From positions 134,897-198,896 of the forward strand of contig RBZT01000751.1 in NCBI GenBank assembly GCA_003693705.1: a DNA stretch of 64,000 bases. Direction: 5' to 3'. The position numbers were made by a program, and so were the translations under genes. The notes under the pieces were generated by a model. The model was not told the DNA's origin and ran no database searches. It saw only the letters and a list, made by a program, of their open reading frames with translations. Positions 1-13,977 of this stretch are shown here, one piece after another. Positions within the stretch are counted from its first letter, which is position 1; every line of letters begins with the position of its first letter. Source of the stretch: Polymyxa betae A26-41 (taxonomy: Eukaryota; Protista; Endomyxa: Phytomyxea).

Positions 1-28
1 TCTCACAGCCTTTTAACTTGATCTTTAG

Positions 29-518
29 GTATTGCTGGGAGTGCATTACCCATGTAAGGACCGCTTGTATATAGAAGCTTTAGCGATTGTCTGAAGACTA
101 TCAGTGGATCTCTGTAAGGACTCAACAGAAGTGTCCTGTATGTAGGACTGCTGTGACACGAGAAAATCTGATTCCTTTCTACGGCCGTGGTGCAGCATCT
201 TCGAATGGACCTGATCCACGAAGATCAAATTCGTCAAGGTCGTCTCGTCCTTACAGGATGTCGTTCTCGCCGCCTCTTCAGGGTTTTCAGCGTCGAGATA
301 ACCCTTTGAGCGATATGCACTTTTCTTTTTATGGAAATCTATTTGGGCAAGAAATCGTGAGTGGCTTCTTGTGGACGGTTCAGGCCACTTATTTTTGGCA
401 GGCGTTCGGAGAAGGCAACGTGCAGCCACAGCATTTCTTAAACCTGGTCTTCTTCGGTATTGCAGTGTTCGTGATGCTCTTAATGACATCACCATTTCCA
501 TATTATGGTTATTATTAA
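29..518 (+). CDS. RNF5/RNF185-type RING E3 ligase, 3' part (5' end probably upstream of window)
   Basis: RING tail YCWEC...W...CPVCRTAVTRENLIPFYGRG, typical of RNF5/RMA1, and a C-terminal hydrophobic anchor (FLNLVFFGIAVFVMLL). Confidence 0.75.
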
Positions 519-758
519 ACTATCCGCTGTATTTATTATCAGAACCCCTTTCTGGTTGTATGAGATCGCAAAACCTTTGCAAAAGTTACTGGTGTCCCCT
601 TTCTAATTCCAAAAAACATGAGCGTACGATTTGTCATCTTGTACAGTATTTGGTATCTATTGATTGTAAATTCGTTACTGACTACAGGTGAATTTCAGAT
701 GGTATTCACGGACCCTTAAGACGGTCATAATCTTTGACGTCTCATCGTCGCGAAGTCG

Positions 759-2544
759 ATGATTTCCCAGTTCTATGTCCTGTCGCCACGTGGCGATACG
801 ATCGTCTCCCGGGATTGTAGGACCTTGGATCCTTCTGCTTAATGCTGTACTGAAATGGCAGATCAGTTCGCGGGGATATTGGAAAAACCACTGCCGACAT
901 CTTCTTTCATGAAGTCAAATTCTATAGAGGCGAGCAGGTCGAGGCGCCACCCATTTTTGTAAGCATATCTCGCTGTTAATAAGAAAAATATTAAAAAGAC
1001 GTTTTTAGACCATTGATGATGTTAACTTTATGTATCTTTGCCAAAACGGGCTGTATTTCGTTGCTACCACACACTCGAATGTTTCTGGCTCCTTTGTAGC
1101 TGAAGTGATCAGTCGAATCGCTCGAGTCTTTAAAGATTATTGTGGTGTTCTCACCGAAGAGGCCATTAGGCAAAATTTCGTAATGGTCTATGAATTAATC
1201 GATGAAATGATTGTAAATGATTCTATATTCTTTACTCGCCCGTTAATCCGATTATATAGGATTTCGGTTATCCACAAGATACCTCGACTGAGCTTCTCAA
1301 GGTTAGTGTTCATGTAGCAATATGTTTTTACAAAAATATATTTGATGTCAGGCTTATGTTTATAATGAGCCGGTTGTTGTGAAAAGAAAGGAGTCCTCCG
1401 TAATTCCCAGCAACATATTATCTGGGTTTAAACTACCTGAGATGAATCCGAAAACAATTCCTAGCAATGCTGTTGACAAACCCATAACATTATCTGGATC
1501 ATCAAAGAAGGTCAATCAGATCTTTGTTGATATCTATGAACGAATCAATGTCATATTCAATTCTGATGTGAGCTATTCGCCATTTCTACATTTCGATCTG
1601 GTTTACTAATTTATTAGGGAGTAATCGTTCGCTCTGAAATCGATGGAACTATTCAGATGAAAAGCTATTTGACTGGAAACCCAGAATTGAAACTTGCTCT
1701 GAACGAAGAAATTGTTATTGGGAAATCCCCAACTGGGAGTATGTTAGCGTTGCAGGTCAGGTTTTTAATCCATTGAGATGGTAATGATAGGTAATTACGG
1801 GTCCATTGTCCTGGACGACTGCAATTTTCACGAATGTGTACGGACCGACGATTTCGAAACTCTTCGAATTCTGCGGTTTATTCCTCCAGATGGCGAATTC
1901 GGCGTCATGAATTATCGAATGACGAACGAGTTTCGAGCCCCATTTAGGATTTTCCCATTCTTCGAGATGACGAACTCTTTCAAGTGCGAATTAGTGGTTA
2001 AAATCCGGGCTGACATCCCTGAAAACAATTATGGCGCCAATATGGTCGTCTCAATACCAGTTCCAAAAGCTACTTCGAGGTTAGTTTGTTTGATTTCTCA
2101 GGTCAAATCATATTGATCGATTGGCAGCGCCTCATGCGATTTCGATCTGGCGATTCCCGGTCAATCAAGTGAGTATATTCCGAAAGAGCGCAAAGTCGTA
2201 TGGAAGATTTCAAAGTTCCCTGGAAGCAGGGAATGCATTTTACGTGTGAAGGTGAACATTTCAAGTCCTGCGATTGCCTATTTTAAACGTAGTTCTTAGA
2301 TTGTTCTGGGGTCGTCTCATAGTGATGCTGTTCGAAAAGAGGTCGGCCCAGTCAGTCTGGAGTTCGAAATTCCAATGTATAGCGTCTCCAATCTCCAGGT
2401 ATGCGACATGCTAAAAGTTTGGAATCGTACATAATCTGGTTGCAGGTGCGTTTTCTTCGTATCGCCGAGCAGCATAAGAATTATAACCCTTATCGCTGGG
2501 TTCGGTATGTCACACGTTCGGGATCGTATATCTGCCGATTGTGA
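759..2544 (+). CDS. AP4M1: AP-4 adaptor complex subunit mu (multi-exon)
   Basis: Starts MISQFYVLSPRGDTIVSRD; contains KDYCGVLTEEAIRQNFVMVYELIDEM and LDDCNFHECV...FIPPDGEF; ends YRWVRYVTRSGSYICRL*. Exons joined by GT-AG introns. Confidence 0.92.
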
Positions 2545-2948
2545 AAGTATTCACTTAAACATTGTCTCATATTAAAGTATACGAAAAACTTTTTAGAATC
2601 CAGCAGACAATCACGGAATCGCGGAATCTCTGGTTTTACGGTCGAATGAAAGAACTGCGGTTCGGTGTCTTTTTTTACCAGCAGCTGCAGTCGCTCTGAT
2701 TGGAAACAGGAGACTGCATCGGCCTATAGGGCGACCTGATCAAACTTTCGCCTCGGCTGCAGTCTGGTCTGACCGATTTAGGATTCCTATCTTGTAATCA
2801 ATCCGAGGCCTGGTCTGAGAAATGGTTGAAAGTAACGTGTCAATTAGTGTTTAATTAGCGTTACACGGGTAGAGGTGGCGCGCCGATCAAATCATTAACA
2901 GTACTGTCATTTGCTTAAAGGTCGGCTATATTGCTGCCAACCTTACAA

Positions 2949-5900
2949 ATGAATCTAAACTGTCATGTGTCTGCTTCTGCAGCAGGCGTGACTGGATTCG
3001 ATCCGGGCTATATTGCATTCCCAACTGCTGGACTTCCAGTGCCGCCAACGTTTGGACAGCGTCACTCAGAGAAATTCATTGAGGGTAGGCCACAAGAAGG
3101 TTCGCCTTCGCTGTAAGCTTCCGTGGTACTGGCAGTAGATCTGCAATGTAAATTCTTGTTTTTCGTTCAGAGATGCTACCAGTCCAAAAAAGGCTGCACA
3201 ACAGTTAAGAAAACAATCAGTTCGTGGCGAAAGAGGCTCTTACCAAAAGAAAGCATCGAAATTGGAAATGCAGAAAGGTAGTGTTTCTTCAAGTTAGATG
3301 ACATTTCTGAACAAATCCTCAGAAACGAGCCGGCGAGAGTCGACTGTTCAGAACCACTCTTCCTTCGATTTTGCCAGTTATATAGATTCTTTTCTTTCCT
3401 TTGCGCGGGCAGAAGGGCTGAAAGAAGTACCTCTGAAGTCAGGTTGGCCGGTTGCTTCAGCAAACTCTATCTGTATCTAAACAGTCGCTTAGACGGTGTG
3501 AAAGTCTCTGTATTGAGTCCTAACTGGGGTTCCCTTGTGTATCTTGCAGCAAGGGCGAAAACGATTCATGAAATCCCTGTCAGCACCATATTGGAGCTGT
3601 TTACTTTGATTGTGCCCCAGCTGGACGAATCCGCTGCAGTCGAAACTTATTGTATCGATGAAGCTTCTAGGAAAGAGGTCAGCGTTTCTCATCACAAAGT
3701 ACCCTTCTGATTTTCGTTTCAAAGTCCTCAGTCAATCTGCTAAAAGCTTTCAATGCTGCCATGGTGTCTTTAAGTAATTACTTATGATTTCGCTTTAACC
3801 ACGGCCAACTCTGTGCATAGTTATAATGTCAAGCGATAACATCAATCGGTGTCTTATTCTTGATGAAATTTTAGAAAAGACTGTTTTGATGCTGAAAGTG
3901 CATACATCGCGAACGATTGTCCCTTTACTTGACGAATCTTCCAGAGCTAAAGTGGGCATGAATTGCTACAAAGGCCTTCTCTAATATGTGTATAAGGTGG
4001 CCCAAGCTGATTCCGATTATTGGAGATCATATGAAAGCGTTTTCTCTTCTTTCGTCCGAGTCATGCATGACTTGCTACGCCGTCTGAATTGGTTTTATTT
4101 GAAAGAAAAAGTACCTGAGTGTCATGCCATTTCTGTCATTGATGTTTGTTGTACTTTACTTCGCTTGCCGAAGGATTCCGAACTTAAGAGCGGAGCAATG
4201 TGGCTACTAGTTACATGTTTTATGCAGCATGAAACTCTACATGAAATCATCTTTGAAGAAGTAAATAAGTCTGCAGGGTGTAATGGAGGATTTAATATAT
4301 AACTCAGATATCTGCAATGGTATGCTCTGAAGGGATAAAACATTCCGGTTTATTTCGAATCAATTCAAAGACCTCTATACATGTATGAAATTTCAGCCTG
4401 ATTATATAATCCTTATTTATTCATTTATAGTTCCCAGTCGCCGTAGCCCTGTCTTTGGTTCAAAGCTTGTCCAAATTTCCTATACAGGACATGTCAAATG
4501 ACGCTAAAATGAAGGACAAGGATTTTCAAGATCATTTTGTGCACTCATTTGATCAAATTGAACTGAACTGTAAAGCATTGGTATACCTTATGCTGTCGCT
4601 TCTGTGTTTCTTCTGACTATCTGTTGATATTAGGTTGCATCTCTAATCAGCAAGGCTCTTAAACCAGGCCGCTCTTTATCCGATTCACGAACATTTTTGC
4701 AACTGCTTCTGGACGATATTTTCTCTTGTCTGTTCTTGCCTGCCTGGCCAGCTGCTGAAATGTTGCTTATAACCATTTTCCATTTTCTCCGAAACATGTC
4801 CGCTAAAGAGGTTATTTCACTAGCTCTGTGCATGTGCTGTTTTTTAATTCTTTGCGGCTCAGAATGTCAATAACTCCCGAGCCATTGCCGTGGAGCTTCT
4901 TGGTTTCATTTTAACGAGGTTACAAGTCCATATTGTTGCTGCTCGAAGAGATGTCTCCGTAATTCGTCCACGAACGGATAATTTTGATCCTGCCAGCAGC
5001 ATCCATACCGATCCTGAGAACGAAAAAGTTGGCTGTGAATGCGATCTAGGTGTGTTGAAGAACTGCTTAATGGTAAAGTATGTCGAAATTGTTTTCTGCA
5101 ATTTAACCTGGTTACAGCTTGACTGTGATGAATGTCATTACTGGTTTCATGGGAAATGTGTTGACATTAGCGAAGGCAACATTCCTGAATCTTGGATTTG
5201 CGCTTCATGCGAGCTCAGGCATATCATTGAGCAGCAGCGCTCTGTAATGGTAGTTATGCTAACTGTGCTGTACTAAAGTGTTCATTCATGCATCATTTAG
5301 AATCACGTTGCCAAACGAATGCAACGAAAATCGCTTTCTTCAGAAATGTCTGAGGATGACCTTCTTTTCCAGATACTGCTCAATTATCTAAACACCAATG
5401 CCATGGATTACAGCATGCGTCTTTCGAGGGATTTCATGTTAACTCTTTGGTGTAAAAGAGTTCAGGCATCCGACCCTGGCAAGGTAAAGTTTCCGATTGT
5501 TGTCTGGAAACCAGATCTAAAACCCACAATAGTCGTCGCTTTTTTACTCCTTTTTTGCAAACGACAAGTTCACTTCTGCTAATCAAGACTTGGGAACTTC
5601 TCGCATCAAGCCAACACAGGCTTATAGAATTATTCGCCTTTTGTCTCAGAAATATTCGTTGTTACAAGACAGCGACATTCTGCTGAAGGTACTCTTAACA
5701 AAGGTGTCATTTTTCGGAACTTACTATTTTAGATGTTTGTGAACATGCTGAATGACAAACAGCCTCTTTTAAGGTCCAGGGTCATTAAGGTATCGGATAG
5801 CACCTTTTTGTTTACAATTCAGTACGCCTTAGTGTTTATAGGCGCTTTCCCTTTTAGTGGAGGCCAACGTCGATATCCTGGGGCATGAATATGTCGTCCG

Positions 5901-8900
5901 AGCCATTTCTGTCGCGGTTCAGGTTGGATAATTGTTAAATGGCGACTTGCTAACAATATTCATCCGTCTTTATAGGACAAAGCAACCTCTGTTCGAGAAG
6001 CTGCAATTGAGCTTCTCGGAAAGAAAATGATTTCGAACTCAAGTTTATCAGAGAAATATTATCCCATCATTGCTAGTCGGATTCGTGATAAGGGCCTGAG
6101 CGTACGTAAACGCTGGTACGTTTCCTTCCACTTTACGGACTCATGAACCGATTTGAGGATTAGTGTGAAAATTCTACGTGATCTATGTATTGGATACCCT
6201 AATCATTCGAAGTATGTCGACATCTGCACGAAATTAGTCAGCAGGACGCAGGATGAGCCTTCAGTGCGACAGCTGGTTCAAAAGGCGCTTCAACATCTAT
6301 GGTTCTCACAGTTTATGCAACCATCGTTACGAAAAAGTCAGTCTTCAGGTAGGCACTCAAATTTCTTCGCATTCTCGTTACTTAGTGTTCATAGGTGCAT
6401 ACTGTGAAGGCTTTCTGGCCATTGCAAACAGAATTGTACTGGAATCTGGATTGTTTAAATTGCAATTTGTAACTTCTATTATAGGTTGACGTGGTGGCGT
6501 CCCTGCCAACTTTAGATTGGTTGTCAGAGATCATTACCCACGCTGCGGATTCGAACTCTGAATCGCATGATGGGAGCATGTTCGAAGTCTATTCAGATTT
6601 CTGTTCATGCATTGTCCAGGTATGCAGTCCTTCTTTGTAGAATCCTTTGTGATTAATAATTAGAAAATGATCACATTTTCATCCCCTGCTGAGGCACTTC
6701 ATCACATCCGTACTCTCTATGTATTTTGCTGTGCCAGGCCTGTTCTGCTTTTAGAACACCTCTCATGTTTGCAGCCTTTGCTGAAAGTCGAGCGCTCCGG
6801 TATGTTACTACAGGGTCTATATTGTTCTTTATTTAGGCCTTGTAGCACAAGGAATTGAACAGTCCCGCTTGAGTCTGTTGTGCTCTATATTCCTTATGGC
6901 ATTGCCCTTCCTTGAGAATCCTAGACAACGCTTTCTTGATAATCTTTCCACCGATTTAAAAGAGCTGATTCTACAGCAAAGTGCCACGGTTTTGCTGAAT
7001 GCTGTTCCTTGTTTATGTGTGCTTTCGTCAAAGGTAACTTCGCATGCTCCCCTATTTCATATTGCTGATTCCCGTGGAACTAGATGAATAATTTCGTCCT
7101 TCCCCAGCAGATGCTTCGCTCATTTTATCATTATCTCTGTCAATATAAAAGCGACCCTAAATCTGATGGACGCGTAGTACGTTCGGTTATCCGATCGCTA
7201 ATCTCAGTGGGCCTTCTTGTACGAAATTTCACTTTTGAACCGGACGAAAAATGTAAGTTTTTTCTTAATTCCAGTGCCTTACAACTGAGATGTCAGCAGT
7301 GACATATGAGAATATCATTCAGCTGTACAGAGTTTATTATTTCCATTTTGACGATGCAGGTAACGATGCTTTTTTTGAGAGACTCTCGTTGATAGTGCTT
7401 TAGTTATCAAAAGAACGGCCTTGCAGGGTCTGTTTTATTGCTATTATAGGAAGCCGTCCTTTTTGGTTTGCACCCACGACGTTATAGAATCAGCTCTTTC
7501 TGCTCATGACCAGGAATTACATGCTCAAGTATTTCACAGTTTCTCTGATTTCTTACAAAACGAAATTGATCAGTTGAAGGTAATTTGTTTTGATTATTAA
7601 GAATGTTCATTGAATGGGACGGTTCAGTATCTGCAGGGACTTCAGGGAGATTCAGAAATTCATCGCCTTCACGGCTCTCGCTACACTTCTATTAGGAGAG
7701 AGGAGGATGGAGAGACTGAATCGGGTGTCATCGTCAGCATAGTACAGAAACTTTTCCCGCTATGTATAAAACATGTTCATTCAAACAGCTCCGAGGTCGT
7801 GTTGTGGAAGGAACAGTTTTCTGCTTCTAAACTTGCTTAGGTTCGTTTTGGAGTTTTGAGATTAACTCAGTTACTGTTAAAGCAGCGACTGGTTAATCCT
7901 GTTCATTGTGCCTCATCTTTAATTGCACTTTCCACTGATCTGACGGAAGGAATTGCAAATCTGGCGCTAACACAGATTTCCGACATGAGCGTTTCATTTC
8001 CTGATATGCTGAGGAATTCCATTATAGATGGTGTTAAGAAGATAGCCGCTTATCAAGTGGGATAGTTTACACAATCTAATGACTTAATTTTTAATCTGTA
8101 TTCTTAGAAACAAATTTATGGTAATGCAACGAAACTTTTCGAAGGCGATTATCCTGTTGGGTTATCGAATATGTTCCAGATTGTGTCGAAGGTATTCAGC
8201 CTTTGTCTTAGTTGAGGTTTTCTGATTCTTATGCTAGATCTCTCCCAACATGCCTTCCATTCTTGTTGGAATCCTAAATATTATCGATTTCGAAAGAACT
8301 GAGTCGTTAATTACGGCGGAATTCGTAACGATGCTACTATCCGGATTGCCCCTGCAGAATGACGAACCATTGCATCTGTACTATCACGTTACAAGACTAA
8401 TAGGTTCTATTTTCTCACCACTAAAATTGTTTGCTGTTAATAGTGAGGTAGGTATCCATGGAGCTTATGTGGACGAACAACTACGGTCAGTGCTGAAAGA
8501 GGTACCGGACCGACTGCCAACCGCTACTGTGGAACAATGTCTGGCAACAGCAGACAAGATTGAGATATTGATCCATTTCAAGCAATTTGTCCAGGTTCAT
8601 TTCTTCATCTGTTGTATCGGATGTTAATTGCTCACTCTAGAATGCTTTCAATATCGCTGATCACTCATTAGAAACATGGAATCCGCATGTGAAATCTTCG
8701 ATTGTTTGCTCGAGGAAAGATTCACTCACTCGGTTTATTCCAAATCTTAAAAACAAGGGCATCCCTCAAACCATTGAAGAGCTTGCTGAACGGCATAAAA
8801 TGGTCAAGATTGAAAAAACATTCTCCTAATTTTCTGAGTGTCTTTTCAGTTCAAAAATATCCTCAATAGCGATTATTCTGAAGTAAGCCTAGAGTATGGA

Positions 8901-9119
8901 GCAAAGACCACCAACAAGCGGAAAGTGTTTTCTCCCAAACTCGCAACACCCAAAAGAGGAAGAAAACGTTGTCTAAAACCAATGTTGTCAGATGGGGAAT
9001 CGGATCTCGGCTTGGACGATACAGTAATTTTCCGCCCAAAACGAAGTTGTTCTTCGGGTCCCAAGCTATATGCCGAGCCTGTCGATTCCTCTAGCATTGA
9101 AGCCGATTCGAGTGTATGA
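2949..9119 (+). CDS. NIPBL: Cohesin loader Scc2/Nipped-B (HEAT repeats) with internal PHD finger, many introns
   Basis: LFLPAWPAAEMLL motif; HEAT region DKATSVREAAIELLG...RIRDKGLSVRKRCVKILRDLC; Nipped-B_C-like LLKQRLVNPVHCASSLIALSTD. The start codon is uncertain. Confidence 0.88.
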
Positions 9120-9228
9120 AAAAGTTTCCATTCTTGATCTATGAAGCTTGCTTTTCTTTATCTATTAATATTTGTACATCATAAATTAAGAGTAAATTAT
9201 GAGTCTTGAAATTTCAGCAAAAGTGACA

Positions 9229-12200
9229 TTATAATTCGATATGCTGAAATAGAACACGCCTTGCGAGTTCTCTTGCCCCTGAATGTTGGTATATCAGACT
9301 GAGGTTAAAAGCAGCTTCTCGGGCTATATTGGCTTCGCTCGCTGCAGGAGTAAATGATGACAGTGAAAATAACAGATCAAGAGACGGATCAACGACGTTT
9401 TCCTGCCGCCTTGGTTGAAGTTTCATTACAGCTTCAATAGTCTAACAACGAAGTTGAAACTTCAGTAACAGCAAAAACGCAAAGCAATACCTGGTTGTAA
9501 TACCGAACGGCAAGATGATTGATGCCAACAGAATGGAATGCCCTCGCCAGGTTATAGAGAGCATGCGGTGCTCTATTGACCCTCTTAACGTAGACGAAGA
9601 ACATTTCAAATGACCGAAGCAGAGCGAAATGCCTATTCGGAACGGATGGGCTTTGCGAGCGATGAAGAAGCCCTATGGCAGCATACAAAACTGAGCAAAA
9701 TTCAGCCCCCATTGTGCGACGGCATTGCTCTCTCCATACTGATAGAAGGATTTACAGGCAGCGGCGACATCGACAACGCACGAAGATATTCACGGCAAGC
9801 TCCGGCTTCAACGAAATCAGTATATGAGAGGCTAAACCAACCAGCCCTTACTGAAAAAATGTTTCGTGATTGCATAATGACCCAGTGCGACACGCAGCGA
9901 TACGCAATCTGGGTGTTTGTTGTTAACCCGTTCCAGAAACCGTCTTGCTCGCTCAGGATAATTTAGCTGGTATAGGATGACGCCCAGCAAGTACATCAGA
10001 TGAGATGTGGACGACGCTTTTGGCATGTCCAGAATGGCAGTTGTGATCTGATAGGCAGATCAGTCACCATAAACACAGCCAAGTTCACCACGTACTTGAG
10101 CATACGCGCGGTCATACTCTCCTCGGTGACAAAACATATCGACCGCCATACATCGAAAATCGCGAATTTGGATATTCAACTCGGAGGGCCATTCAAACCG
10201 CAATATTTGACGAATGATATTCGAAGCCTGAAACCGGCATTAAAAGCAGGTCGTGACGACATCCAAGACGCAACCTGATCGAAACGTTGAACACCAATTA
10301 ATGCTCTGCAGAGCATGATGGCGGTCTGCAGGAACTCGCCGCCCTCATACATGACGCCAGGCATGCTGCGAATCCTCCCGGTCACATCGGCAGGATCAGC
10401 TGGTTTGGTCCGGCGACGCATCACCACCGCCCGAATCGCTTCCGATACCTTGTCGAATGCGTAATCAACAATCTCGGCGTACTTGCCCTCGCTCAGACAC
10501 AGCTGACAATGCTGAAGTAGCAGCGATAAGCTGGCACTATCAATAGGCAACGACGCCCGGCGCCGATTCTTTGAAGAATTCAGTCCCCAAACCAGATCCA
10601 ATGAGCCGGAGTTACCGTCCGAAAGGTCGTTGTGACGGCGCCATCACTCTGAAGAACAGCGATGGCCTGATCGGTATCGCCCTGTGCTCGGTACACTTCC
10701 GATAGAAGCAGGCGTGAATCGGCATCGTTCGGCATCTCCTGCAAAATCCGTTCACAATACCGAATGGCATCGTCCTGGCTATCCGGCAGGTCTTTGTAGC
10801 AGCGAGCCAATCGAAACCACAGATCGGCATTGTTGTACGATTCGACATCTTGTGCACACATGTGAACAGCTACATTTAGACGAGTATGAGATCACAAACC
10901 TTCCAAACAGGTCAGCACATGTAATGCTTTATCAGGCAAATCGATAGACAGGTACAGATCGCCGACTTCCAGGTAGAAGGCGGCGAACTCCTTCGGATCC
11001 AGATCGAAGATGTGATCGACCATCGATTCATAGCGATGGCGCCCATCCTCGGTGAGATCCTCGCCCGAGCACAGATGACATAACCCAAAGCGAATCGACA
11101 ATTCAGGAGGCAACGTCACCGGTAGCTGTCGCGAGACCGTCTGTTCGGGTGGGTCAGTACGACCGGTGGTGGCGGATGATAGGGGCCGGTACGAACTTCA
11201 GACAGGAGAGTTTTCGCGTCATCGAACTGTTTCTGTTGCATATAGAGCTCAGAGAGCATATTGATGATGGTGAAATCCCAGAGCATCAGGCGTTCGTCGT
11301 CGGAGGCATCGGTGCCGAGCTCGCCCAGCTTCTGCCGCGCGAACTGGACGTATCCTTCCAGAAGCTGCTGGGCAGTATTCGTCTTGCCTTGCTCGAACAA
11401 CATCTAAAAAAAATCATGAAAATATTGCTGAAAATGAGACAGGTAACATTACAGGGCAGTAAGCTTCTAAATATTCAGGGACGACGGGTGATTTGGCAAC
11501 GATCCGAGCTAACCCGTCAATAGCACGTTTAGTATCACCACGATTTCTGTATATCATGGAGCTATTAAAGGGGTTAGAAGTTGATAAACGTTGAGGTTGT
11601 GAAAACGGACCGATGATATAAAGCATCTTTATCATTGGGCGACATTCGTATAATACGTGATAGGCAATGCAATGCCTGGTCAGTTTCGTCTAGCTCGACC
11701 GCCATATTAGCTAATCTTCTCCATTGCCCAACATCACGGGGTGTGAAATGAGCTGCTAATATGAACACCTAGACGGGAGCTCAAGAGAATTACAGCATGA
11801 CGAGGGGGTGTCAGACCTGCAGAGCTTGACGTTTACGACCGAGTTCCTCATAGATAACCCCTAATGTATTATAAGGCTCTGGGAAGTGAGGTGCCTCACG
11901 AATAATCTCTAATAGTAACTGGGCGGCTCCAGTAAGGTTATTATCCATACTATACATCATAGTGGCTTCCCCTAATAGACACCATCAGCAACCAAAATCT
12001 ATCACACGAAGGCATATGAACCCATTTTCTTCTTTAGATCGGCGGGGAGCTCTGACGATCGAGCTCGGCCGGTTCCACGCTAGCAAGACATTCATATTGG
12101 CTTTGACTAGCACGATACAAGGAGACCTTGGCTTTCTTTCGGGGCTGGATGCCCAGTTCGGCGTCGAGCTGCTCGAGCTCGGCTTCAGTATAGACCCCAT

Positions 12201-12312
12201 CGACCTCACCAATGTGTTCATCAATGACAGTGTATGATGGTAAATAGGCTCGAATATCAGGCTCATACAAGTCTGCTGGGATATCATTACTGATACGAAG
12301 CGGGGTCTCCAT
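9229..12312 (-). CDS. GTF3C3: RNA polymerase III factor TFIIIC TPR subunit (Tfc4/GTF3C3)
   Basis: Spliced N-terminus KMGEATMMY...EIIREAPHFPEPYNTLGVIYEELG, TPR arrays, ALYNLARAFHSVG, and C-terminal REAAFNLSLIYQHSGARELARRVL. Confidence 0.85.
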
Positions 12313-12397
12313 TACAAGAAACGTGGTTCCCGGAAAATTTTAGGAAAATCGTCTTGGATTGTTACGCAAATGTATTATGATTATGGATTTTGCCAGA

Positions 12398-13674
12398 TCA
12401 GCCGAACTTGCCAATCCGGTCTTTCTGAATCGATTTGAATGACTTGTAGAGCAGCTTATCAATTAAAGAGGAGACTGTATATACACCTCCAATGATGGCG
12501 AAGAGCTGCGTCAAAAAGTGGAAAAACGACCTGCGTTCTTCTTGAAACTGAACTTTGATTGGTGAGATATCATACATAAACTGAACACCAGGCAGTCTAG
12601 ATTTCAAGTCAGCTCTAAATCGCAAGCAGCAGAACTTTTGTACCCCATTCCTTCTCGGTCTTTTACAGAAGCTGTATGCTCGGTAACCGAGAACTGATTT
12701 GTCACAATAGTTCTACCGTCAAGATAGGTATAAGTTGTTGGTACAACCTGCATTATTTGTCACTACTTCAGACAGTTCACGATGCAGCTAACTACCTTGA
12801 TGTAATACTGGAAAATGGCGCCTCCCTCTTCGACAGTTTTAACCGCACCGTTCAGCGGATTGATGAGGCCCGGGTATTCCTCCCCAAATGAAAACTTTTT
12901 GATCGAATGACTGACATTGAACAGGCCAGATGTGAATACGTCCAGATCGTGATCTCCACGAAGCTCATTAGCAGGAGCTACGTGAAAATTCCCAGCAGCC
13001 TTGTCGACCGTCAGAAAGCCGGCAATAACACAGCCCTCGCCACCCTGAAGTATCGTTCGCATTCGAGCATTGACTTCTTTACATTGTTCAACATGGTCAG
13101 ATGATTGCAAAGCCCATCCTTTCTTCCTGTAAGCTGCTTTAACCTCGTCACACGTGTTACAGCATTGTCCTTCGAATTCTTGAGCGCCGTAACAGTCACC
13201 ACATTGTTCTGTGGAATTCGAAGGCTTTTTCTTAACATCTTCATGCTTCAACATGCCTCCTAATTCAACTTCTTCTTCCTGTAGGCCGAGATTGCGACCT
13301 TCTTGATCGATCCTCCGCTTGGTTGCTTTTAGGAAAGCGTCCTTCTGACTTATACCAGAAACATCCAAGACGTCCATGCTTAGTACTACAATTAAAATTC
13401 AAAATAGGTAGGACAAACTAATCGCTAACTGACACGAGCAAGGAACGACGGGAAACTCCAAATCGATATAAATCTTCAGTTTTTCTGATCGCGAGGAATC
13501 CACAACAAGATGGTCACGAGTCACTGGTGTCAAATAATATACAAGCTCGGAACAGAACAGTAAAAACATAAGCAGCAATGATATGATCGAAACGATGCCA
13601 CCGGCCAGGGTTTTGACCTGGACGGCCTCACTCAGCTTCGGGTAGGTATCGAACCTTTGGATCGCCGCCCACAT
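12398..13674 (-). CDS. ERGIC3: ER-Golgi intermediate compartment protein 3 (Erv46)
   Basis: RFDTYPK...KTLAGG plus TM; CGDCYGA...CCNTCDEVKAAY; GNFHVAP; PGVQFMYDISPI...FFHFLTQLFAIIGG; C-terminal dilysine-like tail. Confidence 0.93.
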
Positions 13675-13977
13675 GGTTTGATGTGACGACGATCCTTTCC
13701 GGTAGGAATGGTGAGATAAACGAATGGGCTCTCCACATTTAGAAGCGATTTGCTAAGGAGGGCGCAACCCTAGCCAGTAACAATACACGTCGATGGGAGG
13801 CGCGACCCGGCTCCCTCTTCATCAAAGACTCACAGTTTAGACATCCAACTCTACCTAACGGCCATTTATCTAGCTAAAATATTATGTAGATATGAAAGAG
13901 TCGATGTTTTTGAAGCGTAACTGGAAAACGATGACAACGAACATAAATAAACAATGTGAGATGGGCGCCAATGCAGC

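Noticed and set aside
759-12312. Apparent frameshifts, in-frame stops or an alternative genetic code
   Set aside because: The breaks examined are explained by short GT-AG introns with CTRAY-like branch sites; the standard code gives conserved proteins.
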